Of a stretch of 64,000 bases of DNA, positions 46,619 through 58,943 are shown in pieces. A program made the translations under genes and the position numbers. Under the pieces are notes generated by a model that searched no databases, was not told where the DNA came from, and saw only the letters and a list, made by a program, of their open reading frames with translations. The DNA comes from Selaginella moellendorffii. Taxonomy: Eukaryota; Plantae; Lycopodiophyta. Location of the stretch: assembly GCF_000143415.4 (NCBI RefSeq), contig NW_003314261.1, positions 496,001 to 560,000 on the forward strand. The letters run 5' to 3'. The stretch's first letter is position 1, and each line of letters starts with the position of its first letter.

Positions 46619-48670
46619 ATGGCCGCTGCTTCACGGGTTGTCGTGCAAGAGCTCCTGGAAGCCGCAAACTTAGTCGCAAGTCACCACCAGCAAGCGTACC
46701 TGGGTCCGTGCCAGAGGAAGACCTTGACGGTGATTCTGCGAAGAGTGAGGTTGATGCTCCCGGTGGTAGAAGAGGTAAGAGACGGGAATTTGCTCCTCCC
46801 ACCCTCGGCTGTGATAGCGTTCCAGGAGCTCCATTCGGTCATGCTCCGGGCCGGGGAGCTCGCCGACGAGTTGCGAGAGTCGAGCCAGCTCTGGCTCCTG
46901 GCCGAGTGTGAGCTCTACTCCACCAAATTGTTTGAGCTGTCCAGGGACATGGCCGCTCCACTGTCGATGCTTCCGCTCAGCCTGCTGGAGCTTCCCATCG
47001 AGATCAAGGAGCAAGTCGAGCTGCTAAAGCTGCAAGCCCGGCGCTTCAAGCTGTTTGTGGATCCTGTGGAGCTCGACTTGCAGGCCAAGCTGCTGGAGCT
47101 GCTCAAGGAGTTTGAGAAGAAGAGGACTCCCAGCAGTGACCGGATCGAGGAGCTGTTCAAGCGACTGTTGCTCACCAGTGCCAAGGAGTGCCAGAGAGAG
47201 CTCGAGCAGCTGCGAAAGCTTGCGTCATCCTCCTCCTCCACCACCTCGACGACGACGACCCGGTCCTCCCTGAGTAGAAAGTCGTCGTCCAGGTCACCAA
47301 AGGCTTGCCGGATCAACAGCCTCATCAGCTTCCTGTGCTTCTCGAGCTGCGTCCTCTACGGCATGGTCTCTGAGGATCCCGTCCAAGAACACGCTCTCGA
47401 CGTCGAGGATGACGATGAGGCCCAGAAGCAATTGGTGACGAGCTTGAGCTTGAGCAGCAGCAGCATCCCCGACGAGTACAAGTGTCCCATAAGTTTGGAG
47501 CTGATGAGAGACCCGGTGATCATTGCCACCGGCCAGACGTACGACCGATCGTCGATACAGAGGTGGGTCGAGGCCGGTAATATAACGTGTCCCAAGAGTG
47601 GCCAGAAGCTCATCCACATGACGCTCATCCCAAACTTTGCGTTGCGGAGCCTCATCGCGCAGTGGTGCGAGAAGAACAAGGTACCGTTCTGGATGTCGGG
47701 GAAGGACTCGAGAGCTACAGTTGGTGTCGACCACATTGCAAATGCTCAGGCCACGATAGCAGCGGCTAGGATGACGGCCTCGTTTCTGGTTGGAAAGCTG
47801 GCCATGGGACCTCCAGATATTCAAAGGCAGGCTGCGTACGAGCTCCGGCTCCTGGCAAAGATAGGAATGGAGAACAGGAGGTGCATTGCTGAAGCGGGAG
47901 CCATACCTTTCCTTGTCTCGCTCTTGCTCTCGCGCGACGCATCGGCGCAGGAGAACGCCATCACTGCGCTGCTCAACCTCTCCATCTTCGACAGCAACAA
48001 GAGCCTCATCATGACTGCTGGAGCTCTGGATCCCATCGTCGTCGTGCTTTGCAACGGCCACAGCACCGAGGCGAGGGAGAATGCCGCTGCCACCATTTTC
48101 AGCCTGTCAACCTCGGATGAAAACAAAGTCGCAATCGGGAACAAAGGACAAGCTATACCTGCGCTCGTGGAGCTCTTGCAAAAGGGGACGCAGACCGGGA
48201 AGAAGGACGCCGTGTCTGCGCTGTTCAACCTCTCGCTCCTCGACGAGAACAAGGAAAAGGTGGTGCAAGCCGGCGCGGTGACATCGCTGGTGGAGAACCT
48301 GGAGCAGTACATGGACGACGAAGGCAACGCCGAGTTGCTGGAGAACTCGCTGGCCCTCCTGGGCCTGCTTGCAGCTTCCGAGCCCGGCGCCAAGTCCATT
48401 GCACGATCCTCAGCTATGTCGTTTCTGGTGAGAATTCTCGAGTCAGGATCACCAAGAGAGAAGGAAAACGCAACAGGAGTACTGCTTGCCTTGTGCCGAG
48501 GCGGTGATCACTCCGTCGTGCGGTGCCTTCTGACTGTTCCTGGAAGTATAACAGCACTACACTCGCTTCTGGCCAGCGGGTCTTCACGAGCCAAGCGGAA
48601 GGCTACATCGCTCATGAAGATCTTACAAAACTGGGATCCTTCAAACAAAGATTCTCCTGGTCGTCAATGA
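46619..48670 (+). CDS. Plant U-box/ARM-repeat E3 ubiquitin ligase (PUB16/17-like)
   Basis: UND N-terminus, PDEYKCPISLELMRDPVIIATGQTYDRSSI U-box, ARM repeats. Confidence 0.92.
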   Translation: MAAASRVVVQELLEAANLVASHHQQAYLGPCQRKTLTVILRRVRLMLPVVEEVRDGNLLLPPSAVIAFQELHSVMLRAGELADELRESSQLWLLAECELYSTKLFELSRDMAAPLSMLPLSLLELPIEIKEQVELLKLQARRFKLFVDPVELDLQAKLLELLKEFEKKRTPSSDRIEELFKRLLLTSAKECQRELEQLRKLASSSSSTTSTTTTRSSLSRKSSSRSPKACRINSLISFLCFSSCVLYGMVSEDPVQEHALDVEDDDEAQKQLVTSLSLSSSSIPDEYKCPISLELMRDPVIIATGQTYDRSSIQRWVEAGNITCPKSGQKLIHMTLIPNFALRSLIAQWCEKNKVPFWMSGKDSRATVGVDHIANAQATIAAARMTASFLVGKLAMGPPDIQRQAAYELRLLAKIGMENRRCIAEAGAIPFLVSLLLSRDASAQENAITALLNLSIFDSNKSLIMTAGALDPIVVVLCNGHSTEARENAAATIFSLSTSDENKVAIGNKGQAIPALVELLQKGTQTGKKDAVSALFNLSLLDENKEKVVQAGAVTSLVENLEQYMDDEGNAELLENSLALLGLLAASEPGAKSIARSSAMSFLVRILESGSPREKENATGVLLALCRGGDHSVVRCLLTVPGSITALHSLLASGSSRAKRKATSLMKILQNWDPSNKDSPGRQ

Positions 48671-48913
48671 AAACCAGACTCGTTGTTTCGACTGATGTCT
48701 ACTCTACAAAACTGGCAAACAACGACATATCTATTGTAGAAAATACGTCAAAGAGAAATATGACGAGCCCCGGGCATTCTTTTGAATCAGTTAGTCATCA
48801 ACAGTTAATGGCAATAATCCTAAGGCCCGCTCGAAGTCTCGTCTAAAAGTATCAGAACTTTACATGTACACTACCTGTCTATTTTACCAAAACGTCGACG
48901 AGAAGGCACAGGG

Positions 48914-51900
48914 TCACTTCAGGATAGTAGCATTCCCGTTATCCCATTGTTCTCCTGCTATGGCACGGATTCTAAAATTTTGTCCAGCCTGAGAGAAACG
49001 TTTAGATGTGCTACAAGGACGATCATAAGAGAGATATACCTGTACTGTATAAGCCAGCTCGGTCTTCAACTTTGCAATCTCTTGCTCATAGGCTTGCCAC
49101 CTCATTCCAACATAGTTCGTTGCCTACAACACACCAGTCAGAAAAAAATTGTGCAAAGGAAGAATGCTGAAGTACCTTTTCACATATAGTTACCTGCGGA
49201 ACGAGACAAGACATTAGAAATTCACAAAACAGAGAAAAAATCAAAATCTTACAACTTCCAAGTCAGAGGAAAGCATTTCATCTGCATCAACTTGCGTTTC
49301 CAAAGGCCCAGATAACTTGAGTAAAGTTTTGAGAGCCGTCCGCAAACGTCTAAGACAAACGAGGAAGAAAAGGCGAGTGATTAGTTCAAGACTGAGAACA
49401 GGAAATACCCCTGCAGTGAGAGGATCAACGACGAGTCAGCTTCGCGTCTTTGCAAAGCTCCGCTTGACATTGAAGTGTCCGCTCGAGGAACGATCATTGC
49501 ATCGGAGCATAGGGACAAGCTGGGAAGCATGGAAGTTAATAAGACCAAAGCTTGTCCTGAAGAAGCTTTACCTCTCGGCGTCGACAACTCCATGTACAGA
49601 TTGATACCGTTGAGTGCCTCTCGGTAGCAACCCTCTGCTATCATCCTGGTACATGCGTCCGCCTTCCATGTTGACGTGTTGAAACGAAGACAAAGGACCC
49701 AGAGTATGTCCATTGGCTGTAACTTGGTCTTGAGGAGCTGAAGGTGGCTGCTTTGCATGTGGATACTGTGGTGAAAACCCAGGCATACACTCCTGCAGCG
49801 GTTGTATGGGTGCATATGATATCGAAAGTTCATTTCCTTTTAGCTGGCTATGCCGATTATCTTGGAACCGATTAGAGGTAGGTTCTATAAGCTCCGACCC
49901 CTGTAGAAAACCACACCTCGTCAGTTATCTAATGCAGGATTATATAGACCTGAATGCGATTAACTCCCATATGGTGGTCTTGCGGATGCCGGTCCTCTCC
50001 GTATTGCCTGTCGCTTCCATATGGATGCTGCCGCCACTGGAAAGCTTGTCCCAGCTCGTTGGTACGCTTGCTTGAGAATCGAGCATCCAGAGGATGTCCA
50101 TAGCCTTCATCGTTATTGTTTCTTTCCTCTGTAAGCTGCTGGTCAGCTCCTTGATATTGCCTGTTGTGTCGTTCTTCTTCTCCAGTCCTCCCACCTGAAA
50201 AGTGGATCTCCTCTTGATTTTGGTAGTTTCGCCTGTCGTCATGGACGACAAACTGCTTTTGCAAGGGAAATAAGCTAGCTTGCTGACGTTGGTAGTCTTC
50301 ATTTCCCACCAGCTTGTCATCTTTACTAGTTTCTGGGCGGTGCTGATACGGTTCACCATCCAAACTTGGTGTGAGAAGGCGTGTCTCCTGGCGGTGCTCA
50401 TAGTGTTGATGATTCCCTTGCGGATAGTCTTTGTTCACCTGATCGGGCAACTGTTGAGTGCCATCGCTGGGCAATTCGTTCCCCTTCCATTGAGTCCGTC
50501 CATCATTTTGCTGACCCGAGCAAGCCTCATCGGTTTTGCGGGAGTCGACAGGCCTTTCTTCTGATATATCCTCGGAGCCCGAAACTCCTACTTGGGACAT
50601 TTCCTGCAATCACGAGTATGAACCGTAAAACAGGATACAAAAATCCAATTAAAATACTCACGTGCTCCGAGAACTGCACATGGTTCTCATCCTTCTTGAC
50701 AGGAGCTGTGCTTTTTTTCGCTCCGTCAACTTCCAAACGATGCAGAAGCTCGATGTGCTGCTTTTGAATCTCATCACGCCTAGCTTGCATTTCATGGAGT
50801 TCCTGTGATGTAGACATGCAATGAGAACAGTTTCGCTACTATAAAAATATACCTTTTGAAGCTTTAAGACTTCCTCCTCCCGGGCCTTACGTTCCTGCAG
50901 GAAGTCGAACTCTCAGCCTAGTTTCAAACAACGCATGACAAATACCTGCTCAATGGCTTCAAAATCTTTTGCCTTTTGTTCTTCCATCTCCTTCCTGAGA
51001 GCTTCCCGCTGGCGGTGTATTGCCATTTGCTCCTCCCTCCCCACAATAACTTCCTGGCAATGATCATATTTAATACGTGAGCCGCTTGATAAGCTATAAA
51101 TACCAGCCGTTGTCGACGCTTATGAGCTTCTTTTTCTTTCCTCTCGCGGTCGTATTCCCGTTTCCGTTCTTTTCTTCTTTCAATAATCTAGAAAACAAGC
51201 TTATATTAATGCCGAAAAAGAAAGGAAAGATACCTCATGTTGAACAGACGCGTCCCATTCTTCTTCTGGTTCTTCGTGCCTGCGAAACTTTGCAATAGGA
51301 TGGTATTCGCAAAACCTGTCACAAAAATATATAATCGGATAGGATTTCGCGGATAATATATAACCTTACCAGCTATCAGGAAGAGTAGCAGCATCGGTCC
51401 CCTCAGGCAGCACACGCCATTTGAGACAGCTAGGATTATCGCATTGCACCTATGACAATAGAATAAAAACAACGAAAATGCACCAAAAGGCTTATTACCC
51501 ATACGACATCTGGAACATCCTCATCGACACTTTCTGGTTCCGCAGGTCGCTTCGTAGGAGTTTCAGGTTGAGGTAAGCTTAAACTGATCCTTTCCTTCTT
51601 TTCCCACCTGCAACAAAAAATTATTAATCGAAGGAAAAATAAACACAACATACCAGTACTCAGCCAAAACATCCGAAAGCTTCTTCAGCAGCCTACGGTA
51701 TGCAGTTGTGTCGTCGAAGTCCTTCACAAAACAGGCAATTATGTTACAGTTGACGGAATAAAAGCTTCTAACCTGCTTATTATGAGTTGGGTGCAAGAAA
51801 TCCGCTTCAACTATGCCCAGGACACCCATTCCCCTTTCATTTTCTTCAAGCTGCATACCAACCTGAAAAACGGGAATAGTGTGTTACATGGACTCTTCTT

Positions 51901-53423
51901 ATACACAATTTTACCCTCATATAAGGTTTAATTAAACGATTTCTGTGATAAAGCATCATGCCATACAGGTTTCTGTTTTCGGTGTTGAAACTACAACCAC
52001 GAGGATACGTCAGCTCAACTTAAAAGAATACAGTATGATGACTCACCCCATTTCAATTTTCACGGGATCAGTAACTCCCATTGGCTTATAAGTTTCGGTC
52101 ACCTTCTGACTTAAAAGTCCAGAGACCCTCTTCGTCTTCACCTTGTTGTCACTGCAGCATTTTACGTCTTAACTTTGTACGCTGTGACATCAGATGGCTT
52201 ACCGAATAAATATCTGCATACGAGGAACTTTATAAAGTATTGAAACATAGGCCCGAAGAGAGTAGTCACTAGGAACGTCAGTGGAATTAGGCTGCAGGAG
52301 GAATGAGACAACTTTAGCTTTTTCAGAACCTCACAAGTCAATCACCTGATTGGGTCGCAGTTGCTGATAATGGGAACTGGTAATTTCTGATGTTATTCTT
52401 ATGTCGTGAGGATCTGTTTTGTAGTCCATTTCAAGGATTCCTTCATGGCGGCGTAAATTTGAAATGATCAGGATCTAGAGAGGAAAAAGATTTACCAAAT
52501 GTTTAGCAAGAAAACATGATATTTCTAGACAGCTTTTGTCAAGCTTACCGTGCCTGTTCCAGGAATCGCATCAAGCTGAGCAAGAATGCTTGCTTCGTCA
52601 GGAAAAATGGAGTATGTACATATAGCTTGCAAGCTTTCTTCGATGTCCGCATGCTTTGGACTCATTCTATCTTCCCTGCAGTCAAGGAAAAGAATGGCAC
52701 GCTATGTTCAAGCAGCTGGAAAGGATACTTCCACGCAAATCCCAGGTAACTAGCGGTATGAGGATGTCTTCTGCTCCCACAGCAGCCTGATTTTCATACA
52801 GGATTTTTCTAATGAGACTTGGCCATCATAAATCACACTTACCAGAAAAGTCTGAGAAAGGAAGCCAGTAGTCATACTGACAGCACACTTTGTAAGAACT
52901 AGTACGTCCTTTCCTAAGCGCATTGTTCCCGACTGAAGCAAACAATATAAGCAAGCTAAGAGTAAGGCGCAGATGAAAAAAGGTCCAACCTTGAAACCAT
53001 TTCCATGCTTCCCGATCGATCTATCACCAGGAGTCATTTGCTGCATTCGGGCAAACAGCGTAAAGAGGAGACTTGAAGAAAAACATCTCCTTACCTTTTT
53101 CGAATGCCCAAAACTGAGCATTTTATGCAGTCTCTCTGGATTCAGACCGCAGCCATTGTCCATGAGAACGAGGCAAGGCTCGTTGTTAAACTCCTTGAGG
53201 TCAATGCAAAATTGCGACGCATTCACATCGGGATCGATGGCATTGTCAATAAGCCTAGAAAAAACAAGAGAAGAAGAGTGAGTGAGCACTCGTACCAGCA
53301 AGCTTACTCGGCAATAGCGCCAAAAGCCCAGCGATGGCTCGTACTGTTGCTGTGGAGGAACTTGGGATGCGTACTGCAGTGCTTGACATTCTTATATTTG
53401 AGCGAAGAGAAGGCGCCCGACAT
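48914..53423 (-). CDS. MORC: MORC-family GHKL ATPase with CW zinc finger (multi-exon; start and end approximate)
   Basis: [63 protein letters not shown]; CW finger WVQCDNPSCLKWR..WFCEYHP. Confidence 0.88.
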
Positions 53424-54037
53424 GGTCGTCCAATCTCTGCAACCACACAGGCCATATTTCATCCTCCATTGGATCATCGAGGCGATGAATGATCGCAAGA
53501 AAGCGAAATGCAGCGCTAGGACGCAAGAATCCAAAGATTTCGGCACACACGCTGCAGCGACCGAGCGATGGATTCCTATCTCCTACCTCGCGTCGCCGTT
53601 GCTCCACCGCCGCGCCTAGGGTTCTTCCATCTCGCCGCTGCGCATAGCTTGGAAACCTAGAGCGTCTTCGTCACAGCTCCCCCTCTCCATTTTCCAGTGT
53701 CCTCTGTGTGCGTGCCCTCTTCTCTTAGAATCAAATAGTTTTTCTTTTATACATTCGACGTAGTTGAGGGTTTAATCCGCCGCGCCAGCCGTTGGATCCG
53801 GAATGAAGATCGACGGCTCACGGAGCTTTTAATTCCAGACGTTGGCTAGATCTGGGCTAGGGCTTTTGGGCTTGGGTAGGCGATCTTGCAGATCTAGTCG
53901 AAATCTCGGTAGATTCACAGCGCTGGCGAGCTCTACAGCCAGGGGGAGCGCGGAATTTGGCGCAAATAGGGTGAAATGTGGGATTTCTAGGCGCGCAGAT
54001 CTTTGATCCATAGCTTTTGGAGGAGGAGCGCGACACG

Positions 54038-55027
54038 ATGAATCTCTTCCGCTTAGCAGGGGACATGACGCATCTCCTCAGCATTGTGGTGCTGCTGCTC
54101 AAAATCCACACCATCAAGAATTGCGCAGGTATGGTATGGCATCGATCAAAGAGGCGATTCTTCTCAAAACTTCTAAACGCAGGGATCTCGCTCAAGACGC
54201 AGGAGCTCTACGCGCTGGTTTTCGTGGCGCGCTACCTCGATTTGTTCACAGACTTTGTCTCGCTCTACAACTTCGTCATGAAGATCATCTTCCTTTCCAC
54301 GTCGATGACCATCGTGTGGTACATGCGGCGCCACAAACTGGTGCGCCGAACGTATGACAAGGAGCAAGACACGTTCCGGCACTACTTCCTTGTGCTTCCG
54401 TGCTTGCTCCTGGCGCTCGTGATCCACAAGAAGTTTACGTTTCTCGAGGTACATTTTCTTCCACACAATCTTTGCTTTGGCTCTCGTCCATCACACCAAA
54501 GCTTTACTCTTTCTCTCTCTCTCTCTTTCGTTCCAGGTTGCCTGGACTTTCTCGATTTACTTGGAGGCCGTGGCCATCTTCCCGCAGCTGGTTCTACTCC
54601 AGAGGACGAGGAACATCGACAATCTGACGGGAAACTACGTTTTTCTATTGGGGTATGAAATTTGTGCTTTGTGGTGTGTTAAAAACTCGATTTTTCTCTC
54701 TCGCAGAGCTTACAGGGCGCTGTATATCGTCAACTGGGCTTACCGGTACATGACAGAGAAGCACTACGTGCAGTGGATACGTGAGTTTTCTTTTTTAAAG
54801 TTCTAGCGTTTTGTGGTGAAGGTCTGATTTTCTTGTGGCACAATTCTCAGCTTGGATCTCCGGGGCAGTACAAACAGCTCTTTATGCTGATTTCTTCTAC
54901 TACTATATTCACAGGTCTGTGACAGAGTGAACTAGTGCTTTTGTTTCTATGCTCATTCACCATATGTACGTTCTTTTGTTTTGCTTGTAGCTGGAAGAAC
55001 AACGTCAAGCTCCACTTGCCCGCCTGA
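54038..55027 (+). CDS. ERD2: ER lumen protein-retaining (K/HDEL) receptor
   Basis: MNLFRLAGDMTHL, GISLKTQELYALVF..RYLDLF, WTFSIYLEAVAIFPQL, QTALYADFFYYY. Confidence 0.95.
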
Positions 55028-55426
55028 TCGCAAGACTAAAAGTTTTGTGTACCATTCATCCCAAGTTTTGACATTTATTTATTCGAGGTGGCCTGCTAAC
55101 CGGACCAGAAGAAAAGAAAAAGGAAGAAATAAACAGAACATCTTGAGCAATGAGCGCTCGCGCTGATGGAAATATTTTAAAATGGTCGAAGCCCAAGTCA
55201 AGCGATTCTAGACAAAAACTTGGCCATGTTAGAATTTGATCAGCTAAAAACGTGGTCATTCGAGAAAGAACAATTCATTGGTAGTAGTATCAAAAGATGG
55301 CGCAAAGAAGAAAACAGTAGTGTGTGAGCTTTGATTTCTTATTAGTCGTTACGTCAGCGTAACTTAGTTTTATTCTCTCGGGAGAACACGTCCCAAGAGA
55401 TGGAAGGCTCTCCAATTGTTGGTTGA

Positions 55427-56774
55427 TTACGTGAGAATTCCCATTTGCTTGAGCACGGCCAGAGCTTGCGTTGCGTCAAGAGTTAGAGCAGCGCCCGAGA
55501 ACTGCGCGGCCGAGACCTCAACTGTTGTGTTGCTGCTGCTCGAGGACGACGATGGCGTCGCCTGGAGTGACTGCTCAAACGCTGATAAGTTTTGCGACGC
55601 TTCTCCCACGGTCAGGCCTTTGGCAACACTGCCGCTAGCTCGCTGGAGGAGCATCGCATTGACAGCACCCGTCTGCCCGGCCAGAGAGCTCGAGACCCCA
55701 GCCACCAGCTGCAGCAAAACAGATTATCAAGACGAAGAGGAAAAGGAGAGAGATCAAACATACGCTCTTGGCAGCTTGGCCTTGGAGTTGGGCAAGCATG
55801 GAAGTAGAGACGCCAGACGCCAGAGGAACGAGAGTAGACGCCGCCAACAAAGAGTTCGTCCCGGATGAGTAAGCATCAAACGTCCTCTGCTTGCCGGTGG
55901 CCGAAGTCATCATCTTTGAGAAGACGGTGGTGTTAAGATTCATCTGTGGCTCGTTCGTTGCCTGTTCGTTGAGCAGCCCGCTCAAAGCTCTACACAAGCA
56001 CAAGGGGTCAACATATGGAAGGAAAAGAGTTGAGAGGAGTTACTTGATGTGGCTGTTGGTCTGAGCCTTGTAATCGCCAACCAGCCTCTTCACGGTCACG
56101 TCCTTGAAGCTGCTAGAGGCCGCGTTCTTGTAGTAACCATTCAGAGCATACTCCACCGACAGGAGTCCATTTATCAGCGAGACATCCTCAGGAGCAAAAG
56201 TCTCCGCAGCTTCCGGCCATGGCTTGTATGGTTTGTCGCAAGCATCACACTTGGGACACTTTTGAGGAGGATAGTTCTTTGGAGGGGAACACTCCTTGCA
56301 AGGCTTGCACTCCTTTGGAGGAGGACACACTTTCTCGGGAGGACAAACTTTCTCGGGAGGACAAACCTTCTCGGGAGGACACACCTTCTCGGGAGGACAC
56401 TTCGGGCAGTCGGGACAGTCGCACTTAGGACACTTGACATCGGGACAATGAACTTCGGGGCATTTCGGAGGCGGGTAAGCTTCACACTTTGGACAGGCTC
56501 CACAGATACACGTACACTTGGAACAGTCGACATTGTCAGCAGGTGGCGGAGGCGGGCATTCTTCAGTAGGAGGCGTAGGAGGAGGGCATTCTTCAGGAGG
56601 TGGCGGGCATTCTTCGGGATAATAAGGCGGTGGCGGACATTCTTCGGGATAAGAGTAAGGCGGTGGCGGACACTCTTCTTTGTAAGGCTTTGGAGGATAG
56701 TCTTTACCGTCTGCGTGACAGGAACTCACCAGCAATCCCAGCACCATCCACAGCACCATATTTGCTGCTGCCAT
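55427..56774 (-). CDS. Secreted Cys/Pro-repeat protein fused to a desiccation-related (PCC13-62, ferritin-like) domain; 3 exons
   Basis: Signal peptide; EECPPP and CPPEKV repeats; DVSLINGLLSVEY, FDAYSSGTNSLLAA, LVAGV..GQ..V and TVGE patterns resembling PCC13-62. Confidence 0.7.
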
Positions 56775-56904
56775 TTTTTCTCTTCGCTTCCTGCAAAAGC
56801 ATCACTTGTCAGCAAAGCGAAGAAAGTTACAACACAACTTACACAGTCGACAGAAAAGCCGATAAGAGGAGCTCGTGATTGCAACCTGCAGCAACCAACA
56901 CGAT

Positions 56905-56956
56905 ATTTATACACGCTAACAGGGACTTAAGACAACTTACGCTGCATGCATGCATG
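56905..56956 (-). promoter_or_regulatory. TATA box and RY repeat upstream of the desiccation-related gene
   Basis: TATAAAT (minus strand, 56905-56911) and CATGCATGCATG (56945-56956). Confidence 0.5.
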
Positions 56957-57046
56957 AGCGCCAGATCTCGACGTTTTCTCGCTGATCTGAAATAAAACGT
57001 TAACGATGAGTTTAAGTCGTTTAAGTCTTAACGATGAGTCACGAAG

Positions 57047-58227
57047 TCATCCTTTAGTTCCCATTATCGTAATTGAACCGTTCCCTTCGGTATGGATCTT
57101 AGTCAGAGCTACGACGGATTTTCCAGATAGTCCTGCTCCCAGGCTCTGAGAGGACTCCGAATCACCGAGCTCGCCACTTAACCGCCTCACGATGGGTTTC
57201 GCTCTCGGGGTCTGAATTCTCTCGTTTAAATCGCTCAACGTTATATCGCCAGTCGCGCCACACGGTTTCAGTAGAGCGAATGGATACGCGACGGGGCTCG
57301 TCAGCTTCTGCCGACCCTGCACACGATGTTTCTTTCTACCTGTAAAGTATGTAGAACATGTTAGAAAATCCGGGACAACATATTAAAAAGCCTCTCACCT
57401 CTACCCGAGATTGGTGTCTCGGGGCCTCTGTTGGAGTTATCCTGTAAATTACCTGACATAGACAAACAGCTTAGAAAAGAAAGTGACAAAGAAGGCAGAA
57501 AGCAGAAATATCGGTACTTGGGATCTCACTGGCAGTATGGCACAAAGGCACCTGGATTTTTTTGCAAGGGACAACTTCCATATTGTGTTCATCAGAGTCA
57601 TTAAAGCAAGTTTCCATCCAGCAATCACTCGGCTGCTCCAGGTTATCTTCGAGAGAATCCTCTGCATGGCAAAATTACCAAGAAGTTAACTGACCTTGCA
57701 AACCGTACCTTGGCACCAAGACGGGTTTTCTTGAGCACGCTCTGGGATCTACAGAACATTAAAACTTTAGCTGACTAAAGGTCGCTTTGAATTGTACCTC
57801 GTAGTCTTGGATTGATGAGCCCTCCTGCGGTTGTAGTCCAGAGAAGAAAAGCATTCGTCTCCTCTTCTGGCGAGGGCTATCTTGCTCATCACAGTGGTTT
57901 TGAGAGCCGCCTGTGCATCAAAGATACGACTTGAGAAAGAAGCCAAAAGGATAAACTTCGCACCTGGATGAGACAAAGATGATAGAAATGGCTCAGTAAT
58001 GTCCGCCGCAGGCGTCGAGGCGAACAAAGTTCGCGAATCCGCCTCACTCTGCGAGAGCTCATCCCAGAGTGATCGAGAAATAGCTATAAAAAAAAAAAAA
58101 GAAGTAAAGTCGTCAGCTCTCACGTGAAAATGAAATGTAACTCAAATGCTATACCCAATGGAGAATCGGCATCCAGCTTAAAGGAATCATCGTGCCACGA
58201 AGCCCAATCCGGATCGCTGCGAGCCAT
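57047..58227 (-). CDS. XRI1: XRI1-like protein (multi-exon)
   Basis: C-terminus VAYPFALLKPCGATGDITLSDLNERI..LSGKSVVALTKIHTEGNGSITIMGTKG matches the XRI1 family signature. Confidence 0.8.
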
Positions 58228-58943
58228 CGCCAAAGCATTCGAGTGCTAAAGACTGGGATGCTAATCTAGACTAGTATGTACAGCTCCCTTTCTAGAAATT
58301 CTATGCTACGTGAAAGCACTCCCACTTCCTAGGGCCAATCCATCCCCTCGACCTGCATTCTCGAAGAAAGATCCCGAAATCCGAGCCACCTCACAGCATT
58401 TCTCCGGCTTTTGGAGCTCGAATCTTCTCATCTGGCCCATGGACGGAAGACGAGCTAGGGAAGCAAGATTCTTGCCTCGCAACAAAACGCATCGGCCACA
58501 AATCTTACCGCCGAGGGTCGCAATGCGCGTCTCCGCAGCGCTTCTTGGCGATCGATCGAAAACCCCGGCGGTGGATCAAGAAAGAAATGGGGAGAAAAAG
58601 AGAGAGAGTGGAATGAACAAGAGAATGAATAGAATGAAGAGGCCGCAGCCCACCAAATCGCGCGGGGCGCAAACCGCGCGACGCGAGGTTTGGGCCTTCA
58701 AACGGCCACCACGGCTCGCCAAAACTTTAACCAGTATTAGTTACCGGTGTTACGGAGCAAACGATTGCCTGACACGTGCCACTCCCCGAGATACAGCTGG
58801 ATTCGTGGACTGCATATTCTGGAAAATTTTCTAAACGCACGCGGCCGTACGACATGGTCAAAAGTACGGCACCGCTGACCAGTAGCCAAGTATTCGGGTC
58901 CTGTAGAATATTCTCGGTCCGAGTGTTGCGAGTGTTTGTTTTT

